Below are positions 55,658-64,000 of a stretch of 64,000 bases of DNA, in pieces. The stretch's first letter is position 1, and every line of letters starts with the position of its first letter. The stretch covers positions 127,065-191,064 of the forward strand of contig CAVPYU010000009.1 of assembly GCA_963710065.1 (NCBI GenBank), in the 5' to 3' direction. A program made the position numbers and the translations under genes. The stretch is from an uncultured Thermoleophilia bacterium (GTDB lineage: Bacteria; Actinomycetota; Thermoleophilia; Solirubrobacterales; CAVPYU01). The notes under the pieces are model-generated. The model was not told where the DNA came from. It ran no database searches and saw only the letters and a program-made list of their open reading frames with translations.

Positions 55658-56422
55658 TCAGAGCTCACGTAGCTGATGATCAGAAGTGAAGAAGCCCCTG
55701 TAGGCAAGCAGCGACGCTGTCATCGCCGATATCGTGACGCTACCCAGCAGCGCGTACAGGAGAATCAGCTGTAGCTTAACCGCATCGAGAGGGCTTGCGC
55801 CGGCCATCAGCATACCAACCATAGCTCCGGGAAAGAAGACCAGTCCAGCGGTTTTTGTCGAATCGATCAGGGGTATCGTGCCTGAACGCAGACTTCTAAC
55901 GATGACCCCCTCCGATGCACGCCTGCTGGTCGCTCCCAAAGACAGTTTCGCTTCGATCTCAGCACGGCCGGTTTCAACTTCGTCGGCCATCCGGTTCAAA
56001 GCAACCGAGGCAGCATTCATTGCGTTACCGATCACCATCCCCCCAACCGGAATGAGGAAGCGTGGCTCAGGCGCGAACACACCGAGCACAACCACCAAGC
56101 CAAGTGTGGTTACGGCTGCCAGGGTCAATGCCAATGCAATTGGGATGACACAAGCCGGTACGGCACGAGCCCGGTGCCTGGCCGTATAGGTGCCGAAGCC
56201 GACCATTACCGCAAGCAGAATCAGAACAAACCAGATTTCGTCCCGATCGAAGATGAACTGGATCGCAAAGCCGATAGCGGTCAGTTGGACAAACGCACGC
56301 GCAGTCGCTGTAACGATGTCAACTTCCAGTTTTGTCCGCTGCCACACTGCTATCAGCAGCGCGATCGCAACCAGGGCCAGCGATGCGACAATCTGCCAGA
56401 TGTCTATCTGCGATCCCCTCAC
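55658..56422 (-). CDS. ABC transporter permease, UPF0014 (FetB/YbbM-like)
   Basis: 254-aa polytopic ORF with a 4-nt overlap with the upstream ATPase gene. IPLIDSTKTAGLVFFPGAMVGML matches the family core. Confidence 0.75.
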   Translation of the reverse strand: MRGSQIDIWQIVASLALVAIALLIAVWQRTKLEVDIVTATARAFVQLTAIGFAIQFIFDRDEIWFVLILLAVMVGFGTYTARHRARAVPACVIPIALALTLAAVTTLGLVVVLGVFAPEPRFLIPVGGMVIGNAMNAASVALNRMADEVETGRAEIEAKLSLGATSRRASEGVIVRSLRSGTIPLIDSTKTAGLVFFPGAMVGMLMAGASPLDAVKLQLILLYALLGSVTISAMTASLLAYRGFFTSDHQLREL

Positions 56423-57099
56423 TGCACGATCTCTGCTTCGGTCAGCCGGTTCAACGCCTTTACGGTATAAGCTTTCCCGCCCTCAAGTTTCACCACCGAA
56501 TCAGCGATCCTTTCGGTCTGGGCCTGATCGTGTGTAACGAGCACCATCGGTAGTGACAGCTTGCCGGCAAGGTCGATCAGTGTTCCTTCAACGGCCGATG
56601 TCGTTTGTTCATCAAGGGATGCGGTGGGCTCATCGAGTAGGAGCACATCTGGGCGTAGCGCGATTGCCCTCGCAAGTGTTACGCGCTGCTGCTCCCCTAC
56701 AGAGAGCTGAGTTGCTTCCCGCTCGGCAAACGACGGGTCGAGTGCGACCAGCTCAAGTACCTCTGACACATTGACAGATCGAGCTGCCAACTCGGTGCCA
56801 AAGGTAACATTGCTGTGTACCGTGCCCGTAAACGGTGTCGGTATCTGTGGCATATAAACCGCTCGCCGGCGTAGGTCAAGAACACCCAGGTTTTTAATCG
56901 GTTGCCCTTCAAAGTAGATCGCACCCTCGTCCGGCTCGGCAAGCCGGTTCAGCAACCGCAGCAGCGTGGACTTCCCTGCCCCCGATGGCCCCAGAATGCA
57001 GGTAATTCCCTGATTTACACAGAGGGCAAGGTCGTCCAGAACCAGCCGTCCCCTCCGGGAGGCCGATACATGGTCCAGTCTGAAAAGCTCTCCTCTCAC
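56419..57099 (-). CDS. ABC transporter ATP-binding protein (FetA/YbbL-like)
   Basis: 226-aa ORF with Walker A GPSGAGKST, signature LSVGEQQR and Walker B LLLDEPT. Confidence 0.9.
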   Translation of the reverse strand: MRGELFRLDHVSASRRGRLVLDDLALCVNQGITCILGPSGAGKSTLLRLLNRLAEPDEGAIYFEGQPIKNLGVLDLRRRAVYMPQIPTPFTGTVHSNVTFGTELAARSVNVSEVLELVALDPSFAEREATQLSVGEQQRVTLARAIALRPDVLLLDEPTASLDEQTTSAVEGTLIDLAGKLSLPMVLVTHDQAQTERIADSVVKLEGGKAYTVKALNRLTEAEIVQ

Positions 57100-57230
57100 A
57101 ACGGCAATAATGCCAGATACGCCGAGTACTTGATTGCAAGTCTAGTTACGATGGAGTATTACCATCACAACACATGGCTTCACTGCAGACCGAGCACAGG
57201 CGGTGGCTAAGTTAGCGGCAAGCCCCTGCT

Positions 57231-58361
57231 CTAGTACCGAAGTACAGCGCCGATAGAGCCCATCTGCTCCATGTCGTCATGGTGTCGGACAAATAGGACT
57301 TCGGCTGATTGACCGAGCGCTGACTCGACTGCAGATTCAACTATGTCCTCGTGGTGCATCATGCCTTCGCCGTCGATCGGGCAGTCGCCGTTTGTACTTC
57401 CTAGGTAGCCGCACTGGTGACAGGCCGCTCCTGTAACGCGATAACCGGACTGCACTAGCAGCACTTCCACTCTTTTCTCATTCAGCACGTCGAGGGTGTC
57501 GGACAGCCCAGTGACACCGCGACCGCGACCTCCAACTCCGGCCTGCAGCCTATCCAGCCGCTCACGCTCTCTTTGGCGCTCGTCCTCCTCGATCGCTGGG
57601 CGGACCGTTTCGACTATCTCTTCAACCGTTGCATGCTCTAGATCCAAGTCCAGAACTGCCGCCGTACGCTCCCGAAGGTAGGGATGAAGCGTTTGCTCGA
57701 TTTCGCTCTTCAGCTCCTTCGTCACAGACAAGATCAGCCGCTGTATCTGACCTCGCTTATATAGCTCGAACACAACGTTGGCTGCTTTCTTTAAGTGGTC
57801 ATGCGTCTCTTTTTCTATACCCCTTTGAAACCTTGCTTGCGACCAGCCGCCCTGGCTATGCCACCTGTGAACGTCGTTCTGAATAGTCAGAACCTCGCTC
57901 AATCCTCCGGCTCCACCTTCTAGCACTCGAGCCGACCTGCGCGTTACTGCAAGCACGCTATACCCATCGTCTTCCGTGTGAGAGAGGAGCGGCTCGATAA
58001 ACGGCGACTCCCCTACCACAGCCTCGCTGTTGACGCTGCGTACCAGCTTTACGACCTCGAACAGATCCAGCGACCCGGAACAGAACAGTGCCACTCCGTG
58101 GGCCCCCTTCGCATCGAAATCTTCACCAAGGTATTCGCGAACTTTCTGAACGTCCGTTCGCAACTGCTTGTGCTGATCGTCACTTAGTTGACCGTTAGCG
58201 CAAGCATCTTTATCCACTTCATCGAGCAGCGACCGAACCTCGATACTGCGATTCCTGCCTGTTGCGAACATGCTCGGATCCAGGTTTATATAGACGCTCA
58301 GCACCACAGAACCCGGTGCTTTGATGTTCGCTAGCTCACGAAGACGAGTTTTGTCAATCAT
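57231..58361 (-). CDS. bacterial eRF1-like (baeRF / Vms1-like) family protein
   Basis: 376-aa ORF. The opening LRELANIKAPGSVVLSVYINLDP is typical of baeRF proteins. The central region has a GGWSQARFQR-type segment. The C-terminal eRF1-domain-3-like region carries a Cys cluster (CHQCGYLGSTNGDCP). Confidence 0.55.
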   Translation of the reverse strand: MIDKTRLRELANIKAPGSVVLSVYINLDPSMFATGRNRSIEVRSLLDEVDKDACANGQLSDDQHKQLRTDVQKVREYLGEDFDAKGAHGVALFCSGSLDLFEVVKLVRSVNSEAVVGESPFIEPLLSHTEDDGYSVLAVTRRSARVLEGGAGGLSEVLTIQNDVHRWHSQGGWSQARFQRGIEKETHDHLKKAANVVFELYKRGQIQRLILSVTKELKSEIEQTLHPYLRERTAAVLDLDLEHATVEEIVETVRPAIEEDERQRERERLDRLQAGVGGRGRGVTGLSDTLDVLNEKRVEVLLVQSGYRVTGAACHQCGYLGSTNGDCPIDGEGMMHHEDIVESAVESALGQSAEVLFVRHHDDMEQMGSIGAVLRY

Positions 58362-58448
58362 CCTTCAACCAATAGCTTACCCTTAAACGGCACCATTTTG
58401 GTCCTCTCTTTACCATATGTAAAACCGGCCTTTGCTACGGTGAGCACC

Positions 58449-58688
58449 ATGGCCACACGACATAGCCTCCAGCAGTTGGAGCGTGATTTCAAACAAGAAG
58501 TGGTCCGCGAACGTAGCCGCCGGGAAAACTTGCATGAGCAAGTTCATCACCGGTCAAGGAAAAGGCGCGTCGAGCGGGTTAAAAAGCACGGGCTTCTCCG
58601 GTTCTTGGCGCTTATGACAACGATCGTCGCAACCGCTGTATTAGTGACTCTGGCCATGTTTGAGACACTTGCCAGACTGCTTGGCTAA
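58449..58688 (+). CDS. hypothetical small membrane-anchored protein
   Basis: ATG at 58449 lies within the TTG-started track ORF. It has a charged N-terminal half and a C-terminal TM segment (LLRFLALMTTIVATAVLVTLAMF). Confidence 0.4.
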   Translation: MATRHSLQQLERDFKQEVVRERSRRENLHEQVHHRSRKRRVERVKKHGLLRFLALMTTIVATAVLVTLAMFETLARLLG

Positions 58689-58755
58689 GCGTCATAAGTA
58701 GTCGTCAGGTGCATCAACGCTTTGCCTCGGCCCTTGGAGGCCATGTCATTATTTT

Positions 58756-58950
58756 ATTGGATCGTGGAAGCGGGTTTCGTAGTTAGGGTACGGCAGTGCC
58801 GTTTACTACCGCCCCAGCATAGAAATTCCAAATCGTTGGAATTTCTTCCCAAATCATTGGGTTACGGAAGCGGGGTTCGTAGTGAACTTCGAACAGTGCC
58901 GCTTGCTACCGCGCATGCATAGAAAACCCAAATCATTGGGTTTTCTTCCC
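58756..58950. repeat. two tandem ~95-100-nt structured repeat units (candidate sRNA or csrA 3'-UTR element)
   Basis: Unit 1 (58756-58850) and unit 2 (58851-58950) align over their whole length. Each ends in a 10-bp hairpin: GAAATTCCAA-ATCG-TTGGAATTTC versus GAAAACCCAA-ATCA-TTGGGTTTTC, with two compensatory pair changes. Both are followed by TTCCC. The conserved core is GGAAGCGGG(G/T)TTCGTAGT. Confidence 0.8.
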
Positions 58951-58973
58951 TTGCCAATTTTTTTAAGCCGCCT

Positions 58974-59204
58974 CTATTGGTCACCCGTCGACATCTGCTC
59001 GAGCGCTTCATCTACCTGTTCCCGACTGTTCTCGTCAGCCTTCTCTCGTTGAATCTCAAGATAGACCTCCTTACGGAAAACGGGGATGTCGCGTCTCGCC
59101 TCGATACCGATGCGGACCTTTTCGCCCATGACCGAAAGCACGGATATCTCTATCTCGTCTCCGATCATGATGCTCTGATTAGGCTTACGTGTTAATACAA
59201 GCAC
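58974..59204 (-). CDS. csrA: carbon storage regulator CsrA
   Basis: 76-aa ORF, MLVLTRKPNQSIMIGDEIEISVLSVMGEKVRIGIEARRDIPVFRKEVY, closely follows the CsrA consensus. Confidence 0.92.
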   Translation of the reverse strand: MLVLTRKPNQSIMIGDEIEISVLSVMGEKVRIGIEARRDIPVFRKEVYLEIQREKADENSREQVDEALEQMSTGDQ

Positions 59205-59317
59205 TTGGGCGCCTCCCTGGCCAAGTCGTTGTTTTTATACTAAAGCAGCTTGCAGCTAACTTTGCAAGGTGTTTTCTTAAATCTTTTCTAACGCTAACTG
59301 GTAGACTCGCCGCTAGT

Positions 59318-59749
59318 TTGTCAAAATCGCCAAACATAGAGCAGATCAAGGAGTTGGTTGAACAGGGTCGCACGGACGCGTGGATCGCGCACAGCCTAGA
59401 AATCTCGGGTACAGAGCTGCTCGAACACAAGATCAAACTGGGCCTAGCTGTGCCACCACCTGTCGAAGAGAGCCTCGATGAGGATGAACCAACTGACGAG
59501 CCCGTCAGCGAGCCTGAACCGGCAGCCGCTGACAAGCCAGAGAAGCCGCCAGCCAAGGACAGGTCAGAAAAACCGGCGGCGGTTAAAGAGTATGAAGCGT
59601 CTTTCGAGCACGGCGAGACAGACGGATACGGCCTCTGGCTAGACCCGGCGGTGCAGGACGACCCCGTGTACAAAAAACACTGGGCCAAGCGTAAGTCCGT
59701 CGTTGTTTCGTTTGAAGATAAAAAGATAACAATTCGCCCCTCTACTTAA
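59318..59749 (+). CDS. hypothetical acidic protein
   Basis: The track ORF 59189..59749 overlaps the csrA start. A TTG at 59318 in the same frame gives (M)SKSPNIEQIKELVEQGRTDAWIAHSLEISGTELLEHK (HTH-like), then an acidic Pro/Glu linker and a conserved-looking C-terminus. The start is uncertain. Confidence 0.4.
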   Translation: MSKSPNIEQIKELVEQGRTDAWIAHSLEISGTELLEHKIKLGLAVPPPVEESLDEDEPTDEPVSEPEPAAADKPEKPPAKDRSEKPAAVKEYEASFEHGETDGYGLWLDPAVQDDPVYKKHWAKRKSVVVSFEDKKITIRPST

Positions 59750-59768
59750 TAAACTCCTGAGCGGCGTA

Positions 59769-60773
59769 TTAATTACGCAATTTCACCCTATGTCTACGCA
59801 TCTTCAAGGTTCTAGTTTTACCGTGCGCAGACTTTGCCCTAGCCCTTGGAACTGTCGACGGAACCGTCGATTCTGATGCATCAGGTGGCAGGTTGATCGG
59901 GTTCGGCGTACTGGATGGTGAGCCTTCTGGCTGACAATCACGTTGGTTTTCAAAGAAAGCCCACTGGACCGGGTTCTTGCTCTTGTCCCAGCTGTGTCCC
60001 ATGCCGTTGAGCGTAATGAGCGTGCTCTCGCTGTGGCCGTTGAGCTGCAGTTGGGACACAAGTGACTGGCTGTGTTCGTATTTCGCGTCGCTCGGGTCGT
60101 CGGTCGAGTGGATTAACATCCCGTTCACTTCCGGTGGTGCCTGTGGCACCGGGATCGGCCATGTATAGATACCGAACTCGACAAAGCCCCCCGAGTGGAA
60201 TCCGAATGCTGCGATCTGGTCATTTAGCACCGTAGCCGCGTAGTAGCTGAAGCTCGCGCCGAACGAGTGACCTGTCGTGTAGATGGCACAGCGGTCGACG
60301 TTGTAGTTTTGGTCGATCAGATCTATTACCGCGGTCACAAAGTCGAGATCCTGAGAATCGGTGCGATCGCTGGCAAGTACATGTGGAATATCCCAGTGCT
60401 TGCCGGCATTGACATAGACATAGTTGCCGATGCTCTGCTCCGGCAGAACCAGCGAATCGGGGAAGACGACGATGAAGTTCTCGTTATCGGCGATGCTCTG
60501 CCAATCGTATGTGGCTGACGCTGCTGCATCTGCGCTGCTGCCGAAGCCGTGAAACATGAAAAGCAATGGAGTCGGCTTGGTTGGGTCGAGACCTGTTGGC
60601 AGGTGAACTATGTATTGACGCTCTATTCCACGTACGGTTACCTGCTTCGTCTCGTCTGCAACGGCGTCGACAGTTTGCAGTCCTGGCATTGCACATACAA
60701 GCAGAGCAAGCAGCAACGCCGAGACCGCCGTCCTCAACGCTCGTAGCTGATTGTCCTTGTACGCATCCATCAC
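59769..60773 (-). CDS. secreted esterase (PHB-depolymerase/LpqC-like alpha/beta hydrolase)
   Basis: 334-aa ORF with a signal sequence, LLFMFHGFGSS, nucleophile elbow TGHSFGA and a short basic C-terminal tail. Confidence 0.75.
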   Translation of the reverse strand: MMDAYKDNQLRALRTAVSALLLALLVCAMPGLQTVDAVADETKQVTVRGIERQYIVHLPTGLDPTKPTPLLFMFHGFGSSADAAASATYDWQSIADNENFIVVFPDSLVLPEQSIGNYVYVNAGKHWDIPHVLASDRTDSQDLDFVTAVIDLIDQNYNVDRCAIYTTGHSFGASFSYYAATVLNDQIAAFGFHSGGFVEFGIYTWPIPVPQAPPEVNGMLIHSTDDPSDAKYEHSQSLVSQLQLNGHSESTLITLNGMGHSWDKSKNPVQWAFFENQRDCQPEGSPSSTPNPINLPPDASESTVPSTVPRARAKSAHGKTRTLKMRRHRVKLRN

Positions 60774-60847
60774 TAAAACACTTCCTTGTATAAATAGCGA
60801 GCTTCAAAGTACCAACTAATTACGGTTAAAATATCCGCCGCCGCCAG

Positions 60848-62617
60848 CTAGCGACTAAAATTAGTTTCCGCTCGGCTTTTTCCTGGAACAACGCCGGCTA
60901 TCACTTTGTACAAGCCTCTATCTTTTGGCACACTCAATAAGTACCTATTGAGTCCCCGCTTGCCACTGACTATCTTGCGCGATGCCTGTACCTTACTCTG
61001 GCCGCTTTTCTCCCCTCCGTGCCTGCATGTGACGATTCTTACCCGAGCCTCACCGCTGAGATTGAATCGGACAACGAGTCGAAGCCGGCGCCTTTTGCTT
61101 CCGTTCCTGCCTCGCACCGTCACCCGTTTCACCCTCGCCTTAAGCTTGCTGACCTTGGCTCGTCGCCCTTTTTTTCCTAGCAACCTCGATGAAGAGGCAA
61201 GAGCTCTACCCGCTGTTGTACTACAAAGATCCTTTTTCACGCACGATCCCGCTACGGCGCCGTTCTCGTACGGGCCGATATCGACCGTCTTGCCCTGTGG
61301 CCTTGTCCTGCATTCCAGGTCGTTTGCTGGGGCGCCGACCGATGTACCGGCGTCGATCGCCGGGCTCGAGTCCTCGAGGTGAAAGTCAGAAAGCGCAGAT
61401 ACAAAGCGTGGGTTTGCATAGAAGCTGTCCCCTCCCTGCCCGGTTCGCCTCTGCCAGAGGCCCGAATCGATATCGGTTTTTGAAAAACAGTTCTCGCCCG
61501 ATAGGAAGCTGGCGTCGATTATGCAGTCTTCCCGGTACGGGTCGTAGAAGAGATTGTGGTCTGACGTCAACTTCACACCGGGGCTGAAGTAGACGAGCGC
61601 ACCGCCGTTTTCCGGCACCGCGTTCGCGAAGATCGTGTTTCGGATCTTGACCGTCATAGCCTTACTCTCACCATATCCACCGAAGACCGCCGTATAGCCA
61701 TAGCTGCGAGTGTTTGCAACCAGGCTATTTATGACGGTTACGGAACCGCCCGGGGGCATGGAAACGCTGTCCATGCCGTGCCCCGCGCTGATCGAGTTCT
61801 CCAGCTTGCTGTCACGACCCCAGAGTTTGATGCCGTCACGGGTCGTGTCGAGACTTATCACCCTACGGAGAGTTGTTTTATCCGATTTGAAGTCAAAACC
61901 GTCTCCTGGACCCCCTTTGGCAGATGAGTCTCTGGCGACGATGTCCGATCCCTTCTCGACCGCGAACGCGTCGACTGCTGTGTCGTTACCTGAGCCGTTT
62001 TCAGTTGCATGCACGCGGGTTATTCGAAGACGCTTGCAGCCGGCGTCGCCCGGCATTGGGGAACAGTCGAAGCCCCCTGTTGCGTTGTTTTTTAATGAAA
62101 CGTCTTGCACCCGCGTTCCGGTTCCGCTCCAGAGCCGGATGCCCGTGCCACCGTTGTCTGCGATGGTCAAGTTCTTCATCGTCAGGCGATCTGCGGTCGC
62201 TGCGCCGACAACGCCGTAGTCGCGAAAGCTCTTTATCTCGAACCCATCGACTGTCGTGTCGGAATGGATGTTGAAACCGTGGCTCTGCTCAGCCCCTTTT
62301 CCGTTGAGTACGACTTTCTCTTTTTGATACGCCGAGAATCTGATCGGCTTTCGTTTTGTACCTGCTGCCTCAACCTCGACTCCCTCTCTATAGGTACCGC
62401 CGCGCACAAACACAGTGTCACCGGCCCTGACACGCTCTGCAGCGTGCTGTGGCGAGCGCCAGGGGCGTTCTAAGGTGCCAGGGTTTGCATCGTTGCCACC
62501 AGTCGCAACGTAGTACGTAGCAGCACCTGCAACCTGTGCTGTGACCGCTCCGATCGCCGATAAAGCAGTGAGCGATGTGAGGACTGCGGTTATCGATAAA
62601 AGTGACGATCTGCTCAT
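60848..62617 (-). CDS. secreted right-handed parallel beta-helix protein with basic C-terminal module
   Basis: 589-aa ORF with a signal peptide, then YYVATGGNDANPGTLERPWRSPQHAAERVRAGDTVFVRGGTY (DUF1565/pectate-lyase-like opening) and repeated beta-helix turns. The tail reads LLGKKGRRAKVSKLKARVKRVTVRGRNGSKRRRLRLVVRFNLSG.... Confidence 0.8.
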   Translation of the reverse strand: MSRSSLLSITAVLTSLTALSAIGAVTAQVAGAATYYVATGGNDANPGTLERPWRSPQHAAERVRAGDTVFVRGGTYREGVEVEAAGTKRKPIRFSAYQKEKVVLNGKGAEQSHGFNIHSDTTVDGFEIKSFRDYGVVGAATADRLTMKNLTIADNGGTGIRLWSGTGTRVQDVSLKNNATGGFDCSPMPGDAGCKRLRITRVHATENGSGNDTAVDAFAVEKGSDIVARDSSAKGGPGDGFDFKSDKTTLRRVISLDTTRDGIKLWGRDSKLENSISAGHGMDSVSMPPGGSVTVINSLVANTRSYGYTAVFGGYGESKAMTVKIRNTIFANAVPENGGALVYFSPGVKLTSDHNLFYDPYREDCIIDASFLSGENCFSKTDIDSGLWQRRTGQGGDSFYANPRFVSALSDFHLEDSSPAIDAGTSVGAPANDLECRTRPQGKTVDIGPYENGAVAGSCVKKDLCSTTAGRALASSSRLLGKKGRRAKVSKLKARVKRVTVRGRNGSKRRRLRLVVRFNLSGEARVRIVTCRHGGEKSGQSKVQASRKIVSGKRGLNRYLLSVPKDRGLYKVIAGVVPGKSRAETNFSR

Positions 62618-62691
62618 AACACTGGGTACTCCTCCTTACCTACATAGTGCTACGCATTCGTCGTTAAAACAAGTGCAAAAGAAAAGTAGGG

Positions 62692-63063
62692 CTATCGACG
62701 CTCTAATCCCTCGATAATAAAGAGCCTCTCTCCTGGCTTGACCATACCCATGCGTCGAGCCTGGGCCTCGAAAGTACGTGAGTCGTTTAACCCCTTGACC
62801 CTTTGTTTGAGATCACGGTTCTGCTGCCTCAGCTGTCCCAACTGCGCACTTGCACGTTGGTCCGCTTTGCGCTGGGTCCAGTATGAGGAGATGGGCTGGA
62901 TATAGCTGACGAGTACTGCTGCGATAGCCACCACAAGAACGACACGACCGAACCGCTGCCAGTTGATCCTTGGTTTGCGCGTTCGGCTTCGTTTGCCGGT
63001 AGAACGCTTGCGCCGTACGGCGGGTCGACGCGATCTGGTGGATTTTCTAGCCGAGCGGGGCAC
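62692..63063 (-). CDS. ftsB: septum formation initiator (FtsB/DivIC family)
   Basis: 123-aa ORF with a basic N-terminus, a single TM segment, a coiled coil (LGQLRQQNRDLKQRVKGL) and the MGMVKPGE motif. It sits directly downstream of eno. Confidence 0.8.
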   Translation of the reverse strand: MPRSARKSTRSRRPAVRRKRSTGKRSRTRKPRINWQRFGRVVLVVAIAAVLVSYIQPISSYWTQRKADQRASAQLGQLRQQNRDLKQRVKGLNDSRTFEAQARRMGMVKPGERLFIIEGLERR

Positions 63064-63077
63064 TAGTGGTCACTTCG

Positions 63078-64000
<923 letters not shown>

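Noticed and set aside
58756-58950. CRISPR array
   Set aside because: There are only two directly adjacent ~100-nt units with no spacers and no cas genes. This is not CRISPR-like.
59189-59317. 5' extension of the 186-aa plus-strand ORF overlapping the csrA start
   Set aside because: It would overlap csrA and its promoter region. The extension has no Met or RBS support, so a TTG at 59318 is preferred, at low confidence.

Overview
This is a 64-kb window of roughly mid-50s % GC (by eye). It looks actinobacterium-like, an inference from eno-ftsB with ppx nearby, an MMPL transporter, an ECF sigma fused to a zinc anti-sigma domain, and many GTG/TTG starts.

The window splits in two at an initiator tRNA-Met gene (28522-28595, minus strand).

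**Left part (1-28.5 kb), accessory DNA:**
- A canonical type I R-M operon (hsdM-hsdS-hsdR), preceded by a vestigial second hsdM N-terminus.
- A translationally coupled pair: an NYN-nuclease-like gene plus an HTH-fused N6-adenine methyltransferase/TRD gene. This is the best candidate here for an undescribed defence module.
- A 5' remnant of a group II intron.
- A DUF433/DUF5615 pair.
- A roughly 17.5-kb decayed island bounded by the tRNA and a degenerate 45-nt copy of its 3' half (11009-11053). No integrase is visible.

The island holds seven toxin-antitoxin-like modules: two VapBC pairs, two HTH/nucleotidyltransferase pairs, an inactivated Panacea/RelE-like pair, an orphan XRE antitoxin and a Phd/YefM-type VapB. 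It also holds an IS256-family element with an 8-bp target duplication, segmental duplications and pseudogenes. Six copies or fragments of a ~265-bp non-autonomous inverted-repeat element with Tn3-like ends lie within it. Several of their ends carry unusual tandem duplications spanning the element/flank junction.

**Right part (28.6-64 kb), mostly core genes:**
- Housekeeping and transport: STAS protein, SpoU methylase, PD40 protein, Ppx/GppA, a TPP enzyme, MFS transporter, adenylate cyclase, tRNA-Leu, class I aldolase, YbdK, FetAB-like ABC transporter, MMPL, enolase and FtsB.
- Points of interest:
  - Two tandem secreted paralogues.
  - A Wzy_C (O-antigen-ligase-like) operon with large secreted proteins.
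  - A recurrent, extremely basic C-terminal module on unrelated secreted proteins.
  - An ArsR-rhodanese regulator with a perfect 17-4-17 palindrome.
  - An eRF1-like (baeRF) protein.
  - A csrA gene flanked by two tandem structured ~100-nt repeats that show compensatory stem changes.

All functional calls come from motif recognition by eye. No database search was run.
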